Source: Candidatus Omnitrophota bacterium | GTDB taxonomy: Bacteria; Ratteibacteria; UBA8468; B48-G9; DTJG01 | Reading direction: 5' to 3' | Assembly (NCBI GenBank): GCA_023818375.1 | Contig: JAMWCC010000059.1 | Span: 1,901 to 62,966, forward strand | Length of the DNA: 61,066 bases | In this document: positions 18,525 to 28,311 of the stretch, in pieces | Position numbering within the stretch: the first letter of the stretch is position 1 | How the letters are laid out: each line of letters starts with the position of its first letter | The notes under the pieces: generated by a model | Seen by the model: only the letters and a program-made list of their open reading frames with translations | What the model was told of the DNA's origin: nothing | The model's database searches: none | Program-made: the position numbers and the translations under genes

Positions 18525-20236
18525 AAAATTCCGAAATTGCGCAGCTTTTTGATGAAATTGCAGATATTCTTGAATTTAACGGAGAAAATGTTTTTAAGGT
18601 AAGTGCATACAGAAAAGCAGCCAGAACCATCCGTGAAATGCCCGATGACATAGAGCAAATATACAAGAATAACAAACTTTCAGAAATTCCAGGGATTGGC
18701 AAAAACATTGCTCAGCATATCGAAGAATACCTGAAAACTGGCTCAATATCAAAATACAAGGATCTTTTGAGTGAAATACCTGCAAGCTTTGTCGAGATGA
18801 TGAAAATTCCAAACCTTGGACCGAAAACATTGAAACTTTTGTATGACAATTTTAAGATAAACACACTTGATGAGTTAAAAAACGCTCTTGAAACACAGCA
18901 AGTACTTAAACTCCATGGAATGGGAAAGAAGAAGATTGAAAATATTAAAAGGGGTATAGAACTCTATCTTTCAAAAAAGGCTGCTGGAAGAATTTCATTA
19001 GGAATCGCATTGCCTGTTGTTTTTTCGATTGTTGATTATATGAAAGATGTTTGTACCGATATCTCTCCATGTGGTTCACTTAGAAGAATGAAAGAAACCA
19101 TAGGAGATATTGATATATTATGCACTGCAACAAATACAAAACAGGTTATAGAAAGATTTGTGAACTATCCAGGCAAGCACTCTGTCATTTCAGAAGGTGA
19201 AACAAAAGGTTCAATAATTGTGAAAGAAAACCTTCTCCAGGTGGATATAAGAGTTGTTTCACCGGATTGTTATGGTGCTGCGCTTCAATATTTTACAGGT
19301 TCAAAGGAACACAACATAAAACTGCGAACCATTGCCAAAGAAAAAGGGCTGAAGATAAATGAGTATGGAGTTTTCAAAGGCGACAAAAAAATTGCAGGAA
19401 AAACAGAAGAAGAGGTTTATAAAGTCTTTGGTATGCCGTTTATTCCGCCAGAAATAAGGGAAGACAGGGGAGAAATAGAGGCAGCACTGGATGGAAATCT
19501 TCCAGTTCTTGTTGAAGAAAAGGATATTCTTGGAGATATGCACATTCATACAAACTGGTCAGATGGTTCAAATACAGTTGAAGAAATTGTAAAAAGAGCA
19601 ATTGAAAAGGGTTATAAATTCATTGGTCTTGCTGACCACTCAAAAACAAGTAAGTTTGCAGGTGGTTTAACTATTGAAGAATTGAGAAAAAGAAATAAAG
19701 AAATTGATGAAATCTCAAAAAAATATCCAGAAATTACAATTTTGAAAGGAATGGAGGTTGACATACTTGGCGATGGAAGTCTGGACTATCCAAATGAAGT
19801 CCTCGCTGAGCTTGATTTTGTTATTGGTTCAATACATCAGGGGTTTAAAAAGAATGTTACAGAAAGAATGTTGAAGGCAATGGAAAATCCCTATCTTGAT
19901 ATTATCGGTCATCCAACTGGAAGATTGATTTCAAGCAGGGAAGGATACGATGTTGATATTGATATGGTGATTGAGTATGCTGGAAAAACAGGTACCTGCC
20001 TTGAAATAAATGCTTATTATGATAGGCTGGATCTTAACGATACTAATATATTGAAAGCGAAAGAGAAAAAGGTGATAATTTGTATAGGGACAGATGCTCA
20101 TAGTGTGTACATGATGGAATATATGAAACTGGGAATAGGAACTGCCAGAAGGGGTTGGCTGGGAAAAAATGAAATTTTAAACTGTTATCCAGTAAGAGAA
20201 ATACCTTTTAAAAGAAAAAAAATGGTACAATTTTGA
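18521..20236 (+). CDS. polX: DNA polymerase X family with C-terminal PHP phosphoesterase
   Basis: HhH motifs (NVFKVSAYRKAARTI, IPGIGKNIAQHI, IPNLGPKT). Nucleotidyltransferase GSLRRMKETIGDIDIL. PHP motifs GDMHIHTNWSDG and GTDAH. ATGA start/stop overlap with the upstream gene. Confidence 0.9.
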   Translation: MKNSEIAQLFDEIADILEFNGENVFKVSAYRKAARTIREMPDDIEQIYKNNKLSEIPGIGKNIAQHIEEYLKTGSISKYKDLLSEIPASFVEMMKIPNLGPKTLKLLYDNFKINTLDELKNALETQQVLKLHGMGKKKIENIKRGIELYLSKKAAGRISLGIALPVVFSIVDYMKDVCTDISPCGSLRRMKETIGDIDILCTATNTKQVIERFVNYPGKHSVISEGETKGSIIVKENLLQVDIRVVSPDCYGAALQYFTGSKEHNIKLRTIAKEKGLKINEYGVFKGDKKIAGKTEEEVYKVFGMPFIPPEIREDRGEIEAALDGNLPVLVEEKDILGDMHIHTNWSDGSNTVEEIVKRAIEKGYKFIGLADHSKTSKFAGGLTIEELRKRNKEIDEISKKYPEITILKGMEVDILGDGSLDYPNEVLAELDFVIGSIHQGFKKNVTERMLKAMENPYLDIIGHPTGRLISSREGYDVDIDMVIEYAGKTGTCLEINAYYDRLDLNDTNILKAKEKKVIICIGTDAHSVYMMEYMKLGIGTARRGWLGKNEILNCYPVREIPFKRKKMVQF

Positions 20237-20250
20237 AAAAAGGGGGGATT

Positions 20251-20742
20251 ATGATAAGAAAAAGAGCAGTTATAGGAATAGTGGTGTTGCTGGGGTTTCT
20301 TGTATCCTGCGCTGTATCACAATCTGTCAAAAAGGCGCCGGATTTTAGTTTAGTTGACGTGAATGGAAAAAAGATTTCGCTTTCTTCTTTCAAAGGTAAA
20401 ATCATCGTACTGAATTTCTGGGCTTCCTGGTGTCCACCATGCAAGGCAGAAATTCCTGACTTTGTAAAAACTTATGAAAAATACAAGGATAAAGGCCTTG
20501 TTATTATTGGAATTGCTGTAAACAGTAAGGAAAATGATGTTAAAGCCCTCATTAAACAGTACAACATCTCATATCCAGTAGCACTGGACGATGGAAGCGC
20601 CGAAAATGCCTATGGTCCTATTACAGGCGTCCCAACGACTTTTATTATCGACAAAGAAGGAAACCTTGTCCCGGGCGGGAAAAAGATTGGTATGTTCAGG
20701 GAAGGAGAACTTGAAAAATTTATCACACCACTACTGAAATAA
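20251..20742 (+). CDS. TlpA/ResA-like thiol:disulfide oxidoreductase (thioredoxin fold), membrane-anchored or secreted
   Basis: WASWCPPCKAEIP CxxC motif and an N-terminal hydrophobic segment. ATG 20251 follows a G-rich RBS; the track starts at TTG 20233. Confidence 0.8.
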   Translation: MIRKRAVIGIVVLLGFLVSCAVSQSVKKAPDFSLVDVNGKKISLSSFKGKIIVLNFWASWCPPCKAEIPDFVKTYEKYKDKGLVIIGIAVNSKENDVKALIKQYNISYPVALDDGSAENAYGPITGVPTTFIIDKEGNLVPGGKKIGMFREGELEKFITPLLK

Positions 20743-22422
20743 ATGGAAAGCCATCCAGCTTTAGAAAAACTCATTCAGACACAAGGAATCTCACAGGAAC
20801 AGCTCGACCTTGTCATAAGAGAAAAACAGAGGACCGGTTCTCCCTTCGGCTATCTGCTCATAAGATTTGGACTGATGAATTCTGATTCATGGTATGAGTT
20901 TGTTGTGAAAAATTTTCACGTTCCACCCATCAACATTGAGGAAATACAGATTGAAATGGATGTCCTGCGTTCCCTTCCTGAGTTTACCTGCAGAAAATAC
21001 CAGACAATTCCAATTTTCAAGTCAAGAAATAAAATGGTTTGTGGCATGGTCGATCCTCTTGACCCTGAAGCAGTTGAACAGATTAAAAAGATATCGGGAC
21101 TTGAAATAGAAAGCCGTCTTGTTAAGGAATCTCATTTAAGGAAATGTTTTGATAAGTATTTTTCTCAGGCAGGGCTTGAAGTTATCAGTCCCATCAATCA
21201 ATCTGGAGAAAGATTCTATGAACCTGTAAGGCTGAGGGAACTGGATAAAGAGGCAAACGCAGAAAGTACTGTCGTTTCAATGATTGAACAAGCAGTTGAG
21301 CTGAAAGCAACTGATATACATCTTGAAATTGAAGAAGATGGAGTACGCCTCAGGTACAGAATAAATGGGTTATTGTATGAATTTCCTCCACCACCTCTTG
21401 AACTTTATCCAGCCATTGTTTCTCATATTAAAGTACTGTCAAACCTTGATATTTCAGAAAAAAGAATTCCACAGGATGGGTATTTCAAGGCGAGAATCAG
21501 TGGTAGAAGTGTTGACCTCAGGGTTTCCACATTTCCAACAATCTTTGCCGAGCTGGTTGCTCTCAGAGTGCTTGATAAGTCAAACATTATCACAGGTCTT
21601 GAACAATTAGGATTTCTTCCTGAAACCCTGCACAGATGGAGGATGCTTCTTGATGAACCGTATGGAATGCTTCTTGTTACAGGCCCAACAGGTAGTGGAA
21701 AAACCACAACCTTATACTCTTCCCTCAATGAAATAGATAATCTTCACAAAAAGATAATAACAGTAGAAGACCCTGTAGAGTACCATCTTAAAAATATTGA
21801 CCAGATACAAATTAATCCAAAGGCAGGTCTGACATTTGCTGTCGCACTTCGTTCAATACTCAGACAGGATCCAAATGTTGTTATGATTGGAGAAATAAGA
21901 GACCTTGATAGTGCTTCAATTGCATTCAGAGCGGCACAGACAGGACAACTGGTTTTAGCCACACTTCACACCAACACTGCACCTGGTGCAGTAATAAGAT
22001 TGCTTGATATGGGTGTTGAATCATACCTATTGGCTTCTTCCTTGATAGGGGTTTTAAGTCAGCGGCTTGTAAGAACCATATGTCCTAATTGCAAGGAAGT
22101 TTATAAACCGCTTGATGAAGAAATAAGAGAACTGAGTCCAGAACTTGTAGGTAGAGACTTGAGATTTTTCAGAGGCAAGGGATGCCATCTTTGTAAAGGG
22201 ACTGGTTATGGTGGAAGAACAGGGCTCCACGAACTGATGGTGATGAATGAAGAACTGCGTAGAATGACGATGAAAGACCCTTCAACATCGACTCTAACAG
22301 AGATTGCAAGAAAATTTGGTATGAAGACCTTAAGAGAAGATGGCATTCAGAAGGTTCTTGCTGGAATAACTACAATTTCTGAAGTTTTGTATGCAACAAA
22401 AAAAGATACAGATGAAAGATAA
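20743..22422 (+). CDS. Type II secretion / type IV pilus assembly ATPase (GspE/PilB family)
   Basis: N-terminal T2SSE_N-like domain, Walker A GPTGSGKTT, Walker B VVMIGEIRD, and a tetracysteine motif CPNC...CHLC. Confidence 0.85.
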   Translation: MESHPALEKLIQTQGISQEQLDLVIREKQRTGSPFGYLLIRFGLMNSDSWYEFVVKNFHVPPINIEEIQIEMDVLRSLPEFTCRKYQTIPIFKSRNKMVCGMVDPLDPEAVEQIKKISGLEIESRLVKESHLRKCFDKYFSQAGLEVISPINQSGERFYEPVRLRELDKEANAESTVVSMIEQAVELKATDIHLEIEEDGVRLRYRINGLLYEFPPPPLELYPAIVSHIKVLSNLDISEKRIPQDGYFKARISGRSVDLRVSTFPTIFAELVALRVLDKSNIITGLEQLGFLPETLHRWRMLLDEPYGMLLVTGPTGSGKTTTLYSSLNEIDNLHKKIITVEDPVEYHLKNIDQIQINPKAGLTFAVALRSILRQDPNVVMIGEIRDLDSASIAFRAAQTGQLVLATLHTNTAPGAVIRLLDMGVESYLLASSLIGVLSQRLVRTICPNCKEVYKPLDEEIRELSPELVGRDLRFFRGKGCHLCKGTGYGGRTGLHELMVMNEELRRMTMKDPSTSTLTEIARKFGMKTLREDGIQKVLAGITTISEVLYATKKDTDER

Positions 22423-22825
22423 AATTGTAAGATTTGGTGTTTCTCTGGAAAAAGACCTGCTTGATATATTCGATGAACAAATTAAAAAGCAGGGATACCC
22501 CACAAGATCCAAGGCAATTGCAGATCTTATGAGAAAAGAGATTGTTCATCACAAATGGCGCACAGGAAAACAAATTGCTGGAGCAATTGTGTTCATTTAT
22601 AACCATCACAAAAGAAATATTGTTGATAGGATCATTGATATACAGCACGACTTTTCTGATTTAGTTGTTTCGACCCAGCATGTTCATTTATCACATGATG
22701 AATGCCTTGAGATAGTTGTGGTCAAAGGAAAACCAGAAAATGTAGAAAATCTTGCCAACAATATCCGTTCCATAAAAGGTGTTGAACACTGCACAGTTGC
22801 TTTTACCTCAACAAGTAGAGAGTAA
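22412..22825 (+). CDS. nikR: Nickel-responsive regulator NikR
   Basis: Ribbon-helix-helix N-terminus (RFGVSLEKDLLDIFDE...TRSKAIADLMR). C-terminal metal-binding domain with HVHLSHDEC (H-x-H-x5-C). ATG 22412 overlaps the gspE-like stop. Confidence 0.8.
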   Translation: MKDKIVRFGVSLEKDLLDIFDEQIKKQGYPTRSKAIADLMRKEIVHHKWRTGKQIAGAIVFIYNHHKRNIVDRIIDIQHDFSDLVVSTQHVHLSHDECLEIVVVKGKPENVENLANNIRSIKGVEHCTVAFTSTSRE

Positions 22826-22827
22826 TT

Positions 22828-24111
22828 TCACTCGTATCTTAGGGCCTGAATAGGGTCAAGTTCTGCGGCTTTTCTTGCTGGATATAGTCCAAAACCTATA
22901 CCAACAGCAACAGAGATAGAAAATGAAAGTAATATCGACCAAGGGGTTATAATAGTCATCATCCCTGCAAATTTTGTAACTGCTTTTGGTATGAGAATAC
23001 CAAGCATAATCCCTATAAATCCACCTGAAGCAGAAAGGATCACAGATTCAGTTAAAAACTGGTTGATAATATCCCTTTTCCTTGCACCTACTGCCCTTCT
23101 TATGCCGATTTCCTTTGTTCTTTCTGTAACAATTGCAAGCATAATGTTCATAATTCCAATCCCGCCTACAATCAGACTTATGGCTGCAATTGACCCAAGG
23201 ACAATGTTGAATATCCTTTTGGTTCTCTCTGCCTGCCTCAATAGTTCCAGTGGAACAATAATCTGATAATCCTGTTTTTTATGTGTCTGGCTTAATATAT
23301 CGCTTACTAAGGATGCTGTCGCAAGAATCTTGTCTGTGTCTGAAACCTGTACAACAAACCTGTGATACTGAACCCAGTTTCTTTCCCAGGATCTTATTCC
23401 ACCTGTAGTTCTTTTTACTTCGTATTCCCCAAAAAAATCTTTTGTGGTTGAAATCGGGACATAAACAGCAATATTCATATCTTCAGCAACAAAACTTTCA
23501 GAAGCTCCTGCAAAAACCTTTTCTCCAGCAATCCCAATGATTGTAAAATAAGAACTCCTTATTTTTATTGACTTTCCAATAGGATCTTCTGCAGGAAAAA
23601 GAGAAGTTCTTACTGTTGAACCTATTATTGCAACAGGCAAACTCTTCTGAATGTCTGTATAATCAAAAAACCTTCCTGTTTTTATAGATAGATTGAGTGC
23701 GTGCTGATATTCTGGAAGTGTTCCAATAACTCTTGCAGAAATGTTTTTCCCATAGTACCACACATCTTCTTCCATTTCCCAGGCAGGAATGATCCTAACC
23801 ACAGAGGGTATTGTTTCAAGTTTCCTCATGTCCCTATCAGTCAAACCATATACTCCGAGTAAACTTGCCTGCTGTGTTTTTGCATCTGCAGGAAGCTTAA
23901 CACTTCTGATAATGATATTATTGCTTCCCAGGGACTCAATCATTTTTCTTGCTTCAAAGCTTGCTCCTTCCCCTATTGCCAGCATTGCAATAACAGAGGC
24001 TACACCAAAAACGATTCCAAGAACAGTCAGAAGTGAACGAAGTCTATGAAGCCAAATGTTCTTCCATCCGTGTCTGACAATTCTTATTAAGTGTAAAAAA
24101 TTAATTTTCAT
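22828..24111 (-). CDS. ABC transporter permease, MacB/FtsX family
   Basis: 427 aa with an N-terminal TM, a large periplasmic domain, and a C-terminal FtsX-type 3-TM bundle. Overlaps the ATPase gene by 11 nt. Confidence 0.8.
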   Translation of the reverse strand: MKINFLHLIRIVRHGWKNIWLHRLRSLLTVLGIVFGVASVIAMLAIGEGASFEARKMIESLGSNNIIIRSVKLPADAKTQQASLLGVYGLTDRDMRKLETIPSVVRIIPAWEMEEDVWYYGKNISARVIGTLPEYQHALNLSIKTGRFFDYTDIQKSLPVAIIGSTVRTSLFPAEDPIGKSIKIRSSYFTIIGIAGEKVFAGASESFVAEDMNIAVYVPISTTKDFFGEYEVKRTTGGIRSWERNWVQYHRFVVQVSDTDKILATASLVSDILSQTHKKQDYQIIVPLELLRQAERTKRIFNIVLGSIAAISLIVGGIGIMNIMLAIVTERTKEIGIRRAVGARKRDIINQFLTESVILSASGGFIGIMLGILIPKAVTKFAGMMTIITPWSILLSFSISVAVGIGFGLYPARKAAELDPIQALRYE

Positions 24112-24796
24112 CTACTATTTTTCCATCAAGCATCCTAATAATTCTTCTCGCATATTTTGCCACACCAGCATCGTGCGTTACCACTATCAACGTTGTGCCC
24201 TTTTCATTTAGTTCACACAACAATTTCATTATCTCCCTTCCTGATACGCTATCAAGATTCCCTGTTGGCTCATCCGCAAGAATTAACAAAGGATTATTCA
24301 TAAGAGCCCTGGCTATTGCAACCCGCTGCTGCTGCCCTCCGGACAATTCAGACGGTTTGTGTTTTATTCTATCACCAAGTCCGACCATTTTTGCTAGTTC
24401 CATCGCTTTCTCTCTGGTTTTCCTTTCATCCAGATGCTGGTAAAAAAGTGGCATTTCTATATTTTCCAAAACTGTAAGCTGCGGAATAAGGTTGTATGAC
24501 TGAAAAATAAATCCGATCTTTTTTTGTCTGACCTCGCTGAGAGCGTCATCATCAAAACTTGAGATATCCTTTCCTTCAAATAGGTATCTACCGGAAGTTA
24601 CCCTGTCAAGACAACCAATGATGTTAAGCATTGTAGTTTTTCCGCTTCCAGAAGGTCCCATTATTGCAACATGTTCTCCTTTTTTTATTTCACAGCTGAT
24701 ACCCCTTAAAACAGGGATGTCAATTCCACCAAGGTGGTAAACCTTTGTAACATTATCAAAAGTTATAATGCTATCATTCTGCTGCATCTTGGACAC
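24101..24796 (-). CDS. ABC transporter ATP-binding protein (MacB/LolD-like)
   Basis: Walker [10 protein letters not shown], signature [15 protein letters not shown], Walker [13 protein letters not shown]. Confidence 0.9.
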   Translation of the reverse strand: MSKMQQNDSIITFDNVTKVYHLGGIDIPVLRGISCEIKKGEHVAIMGPSGSGKTTMLNIIGCLDRVTSGRYLFEGKDISSFDDDALSEVRQKKIGFIFQSYNLIPQLTVLENIEMPLFYQHLDERKTREKAMELAKMVGLGDRIKHKPSELSGGQQQRVAIARALMNNPLLILADEPTGNLDSVSGREIMKLLCELNEKGTTLIVVTHDAGVAKYARRIIRMLDGKIVDEN

Positions 24797-26558
24797 TTTT
24801 TGGTCGTCGTCTCATAGTTCTTGTTGGTTCAGATGTCTGCTCAGTTTCCCGTGACCCTTCTATTCTTGTTGGTCTCTCTTGCTCTATTGGTTTTGGTTGT
24901 TCAATTTTTGGCTGAACTGTTTGTGAAGTCTGGGGTGAAATTTCAGATGAAGTTTTTTCAGGCTCTTGTTTTTTAGTTTCAGATTCTTTCTTTTTTTCCT
25001 CTGTTTTTGCAAGTGCTGAAATAACTATAATCTCTCCTTCCTTTAAACCGTTTTTCACCTCTACCTCATTTTCATTACTTTCACCTATTTCAATCTTTCT
25101 TGCTTCAATCTTTTTTCCCTTCAGTACATTTACATACGCCTTACCCTCTTTGAAATTGACAGCAACAAGGGGTATGACAAGAACATTTTTAAGCACATTT
25201 ACTGTTATCTCAACCTGGGCACTCATTCCTGGCCTGAGATAATCATAACTTTTGTCAAAAGAAATCTGGCAAACATAAACATTCAGATCCGGATTAAGCC
25301 ACTTAAGGGTCGGATCAGGCATAAGCGCAACATTTTGAACCTTTCCTGTAAATGTCTGGTTCGGAAAGGCATCGACCTTTATTTTTGCTGGAAGCCCAGG
25401 TTTTACTTTCTCCACGCTCGATTCATGAATCTTTACTTCAACACCCATTGTGGAAAAATCAGGCAATTGAAGTAATTCCTGGTATTGTCTCACGTTTGTT
25501 CCTGGTTGTATCGGAGATTCCACAAACCACCTTCCAGTTGTTGCATAAACAACAAAACCTGGCTGTGTTGCCCTGATGGTGCAATTTTCAAGATTCTTCA
25601 GCGTGTTTTCAAGCCGTGCCTTTGTCAGGTTATATGTGGCTCTTTTGCTTTTTACGTTTGCTTCAGCCTGAATAAGCCTTGACTGGCATTTGGATTTTAC
25701 TCTGTCAAATTCCGCAAGTGCTTCACGATAATTTGAAAGAAGCTGTTCTATCTGTCTTGGAAAATCATAAGCCTGAAAAAGCTGATAATCAAGCTTTGCC
25801 TGCTCAAGAGAAACATTCTTCTGCTGAAAGGCAAGTTTATCTGCCTCAAGTTCACTCTTTGTTACATATCCTTTTTCAGCAAGTTTTGTACTCCAATCAA
25901 CTGTGTCTTGAGATCTTGCAAGTTCCTCTTTTGCTAAATCTATTTTGTTTTCATACTGCCGTTTTTTATTCAAAGCTTCTCCGCCGAGTGCAGGGTCTTT
26001 CAAAATCTTGTCATAATCAATAGTTCCACTTCTTGATGCAAGAACCTTTTCAGCAATTTCAGCACCCAGATATTTCTCAAGATCCATCTTTGCAAATTTT
26101 ACCTTAAGCTGCGCCTGGTTGATATCGCTCTCATTCTGCTTTTTTTGTATTTCAAGGTTTGCTTCTGCCTCTTTAAGGGATGCATAACTTGTCTCAAGAG
26201 AAACCTTTTGCTGGTCAAGATCGTTTTCAATATCCTTAGAATCAAGTTTTATCAGAATTTTTCCATTTTTTACATCTTCCTCTGTAATTTTTGTTCCTTC
26301 GGGCCACACATCAAGAATACTTCTTGAACCAGGGACTTCATTGATGATTTTTTGAGATTTTAGTGCTTTTAAATTACCACCCTCTATTACTGAAATTACA
26401 AGGTCTTTACTCTTCACTTCTGTAGTAATAAACTGTTTCAACTTCTTTTTCTCCTGCTGATAAGAATTCACCATTGCTGCAGCAACTACAAAAATCACAA
26501 GTAAAATAAACACCTTATTTTTAAATAACCTAAGAACTCTCACCAATAATCTTTTCAT
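24774..26558 (-). CDS. Efflux periplasmic adaptor (HlyD/MacA family) with low-complexity C-terminal tail
   Basis: ATG 26558 is preceded by AAGGAGA. It has a TM anchor (VFILLVIFVVAAAMV), a long coiled-coil hairpin, and beta-barrel/lipoyl-like segments. The last ~80 aa are E/K/T/Q/P-rich. Confidence 0.75.
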   Translation of the reverse strand: MKRLLVRVLRLFKNKVFILLVIFVVAAAMVNSYQQEKKKLKQFITTEVKSKDLVISVIEGGNLKALKSQKIINEVPGSRSILDVWPEGTKITEEDVKNGKILIKLDSKDIENDLDQQKVSLETSYASLKEAEANLEIQKKQNESDINQAQLKVKFAKMDLEKYLGAEIAEKVLASRSGTIDYDKILKDPALGGEALNKKRQYENKIDLAKEELARSQDTVDWSTKLAEKGYVTKSELEADKLAFQQKNVSLEQAKLDYQLFQAYDFPRQIEQLLSNYREALAEFDRVKSKCQSRLIQAEANVKSKRATYNLTKARLENTLKNLENCTIRATQPGFVVYATTGRWFVESPIQPGTNVRQYQELLQLPDFSTMGVEVKIHESSVEKVKPGLPAKIKVDAFPNQTFTGKVQNVALMPDPTLKWLNPDLNVYVCQISFDKSYDYLRPGMSAQVEITVNVLKNVLVIPLVAVNFKEGKAYVNVLKGKKIEARKIEIGESNENEVEVKNGLKEGEIIVISALAKTEEKKKESETKKQEPEKTSSEISPQTSQTVQPKIEQPKPIEQERPTRIEGSRETEQTSEPTRTMRRRPKSVQDAAE

Positions 26559-27993
26559 AGAGGTCTCCTTTCCAAACGCCACTGTCATCAATTTGAAGCT
26601 GCTCAGTGTTTTTCAAAAAATTTAAATATGAGATAAGATAGTTTACTATTGTAGAAGACAAAGCATTTTGTGCCTGAAGATATGATTCCTGCGCTTCAAG
26701 AAGGTCCCTTGTTGTTGCTCTTCCTGCTTGAAGCATCAAATCAGTACTTTCCACCCTTCTTGTTGCTAGCTGTAGGCTGTTTTTCTGTACAATATAACTC
26801 TGGTAAGCTTCTTGAAGCGATCTGATGGAATCAAGTATTTCCAGCTTTATGTTGTCTTTTTTCAAGGAAAAATCCCTTTTTCTTCTTTCAAGATTTATCA
26901 ATGCCTGTTTGTATCTGTTTCTATCAGAAATCTTTCCTGTAGGAAGCGTAAAATCAATTTCTGCTGAATAGGAAGGCTGTTTAAACTCAAGGTCAAATTT
27001 TGATTTCTCTTCTGTGGAAGAAGAGACAGTCCCTCTAAAATCAATTTTTGATTTAAGCAGGCTTTTTGCAATCGCAAGACTTCTTTCTGCGTCATAAACA
27101 TAATCTGAATAGGTCATCAGGTCAAGCCTGTGAGAAAAAGCATAGTCTATCGCTTCTTGTTCATTAATTTCTAAAAAAGCCAGACCCTTCTTAAGAAAAG
27201 TTTTCAGCCCTTCTGTATCAAGTTCGATTATATTTTCCGGGGATAACCCGAGAAATATTTTGAACTCATCTTCCTGTTGTTTGTAGTTATTATTTGCCTG
27301 TATCCATTGCTGGTAGGCACGGTATTCATTCTGTCGTGCCTGGTCTGCCTGCAAGGGTGAAAGTCTTCCTGCTGCTGCAAGCATTTCTATTCGTTCTCTT
27401 GTATCGCGCAAAAACTGATAGTTTTTCCAATAGTTGTCAAGGTTGTTTTTTGCAAGGATAATCTTGAAATATTTTTCTGCAACAACAACAGAAAAACTTT
27501 TCTGATACCTCAAAAAAGAACGTATCTGGTAAACAACATTCCTTTCAGCCTGTACCAGGTTTTCCTGTGCAACAAGTCTTCCTGCACCCTGAAACAATGG
27601 CTGTAAGATATTCAAACTCAACGCATTTTGAAAAACATCCTGTTTATTACCATTAAGGAACTTTGTAAGATAACTACCAATGTCAAATGTTATCTTTGCA
27701 CCCTGAGCAAGCCACTTGATAAGTGATAGATTTAGATTACCTGAAATTTGCTCATTTCCATCAGAAGAAGTCCATTTAATAGAACCTGAGGCATCTCTTT
27801 GAATACCATAAAGATATCGTTGATAAGTCAAAGATAAAGCAGACAGATACACATCTTCTTTTGCACTTTTATACTCACGGTTATTTTTAGCGGCAAGCAC
27901 AAGGGCATCTTTCAGGGATAAAAATATGGTTTCTTTTCTCGTATCATCTTCCAGCGTTTGTCTTATCTTGCCCTTTTCAGCCGGCTCGCTCAT
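26530..27993 (-). CDS. TolC-like outer membrane efflux protein (OMF); ORF as called lacks a signal peptide
   Basis: 487 aa with two-fold repeated alpha-helical/beta OEP pattern. It is the first gene of the adaptor-ATPase-permease operon. See feature 27997-28107 for the detached signal peptide. Confidence 0.7.
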   Translation of the reverse strand: MSEPAEKGKIRQTLEDDTRKETIFLSLKDALVLAAKNNREYKSAKEDVYLSALSLTYQRYLYGIQRDASGSIKWTSSDGNEQISGNLNLSLIKWLAQGAKITFDIGSYLTKFLNGNKQDVFQNALSLNILQPLFQGAGRLVAQENLVQAERNVVYQIRSFLRYQKSFSVVVAEKYFKIILAKNNLDNYWKNYQFLRDTRERIEMLAAAGRLSPLQADQARQNEYRAYQQWIQANNNYKQQEDEFKIFLGLSPENIIELDTEGLKTFLKKGLAFLEINEQEAIDYAFSHRLDLMTYSDYVYDAERSLAIAKSLLKSKIDFRGTVSSSTEEKSKFDLEFKQPSYSAEIDFTLPTGKISDRNRYKQALINLERRKRDFSLKKDNIKLEILDSIRSLQEAYQSYIVQKNSLQLATRRVESTDLMLQAGRATTRDLLEAQESYLQAQNALSSTIVNYLISYLNFLKNTEQLQIDDSGVWKGDLYEKIIGESS

Positions 27994-27996
27994 TAC

Positions 27997-28107
27997 CTAA
28001 AAAATAGAAAAAAATTCCGTAGCAGCGCTCCCTTCGAAATACGAGACACAACACCCAGAGAAAAATAAAAGACAGCCCAACAACAAAACAAAATTTTTTT
28101 TGCACAT
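27997..28107 (-). other. Lipoprotein signal-peptide segment, in frame with the TolC-like ORF but cut off by TAG
   Basis: The minus strand from ATG 28107 reads MCKKNFVLLLGCLLFFSGCCVSYFEGSAATEFFSIF, then TAG (27999-27997), GTA, and ATG 27993. The frame is the same as the OMF body. FFSGC is a lipobox. Confidence 0.6.
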
Positions 28108-28157
28108 ATTAATATATGACGAACCACATTCAGATATGGTTTAAGGCTTCGTCTCCT

Positions 28158-28310
28158 TTATGGTATCGACCACAATACTACATTTTCAAATGTCAGTTTT
28201 TCACCTGAATAATACTCAATCGCAGCGTCATTTGTCAGAATATCAAACATGGGGTATCTATCAAATTCAAGGTGATTCAAGACTGCCAGACTTCTTTCTC
28301 TGCTATTCAT
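28158..28310 (-). pseudogene. 50-codon N-terminal fragment of a URO-D-like paralog
   Basis: ATG 28310 lies 1 nt after the stop of the upstream URO-D-like gene. MNSRERSLAVLNHLEFDRYPMFD... parallels MTDRERFCLVMEFKQVDRVPNYE at the N-terminus of ORF 45509. The fragment stops after 50 codons. Confidence 0.5.
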
Positions 28311-28311
28311 T

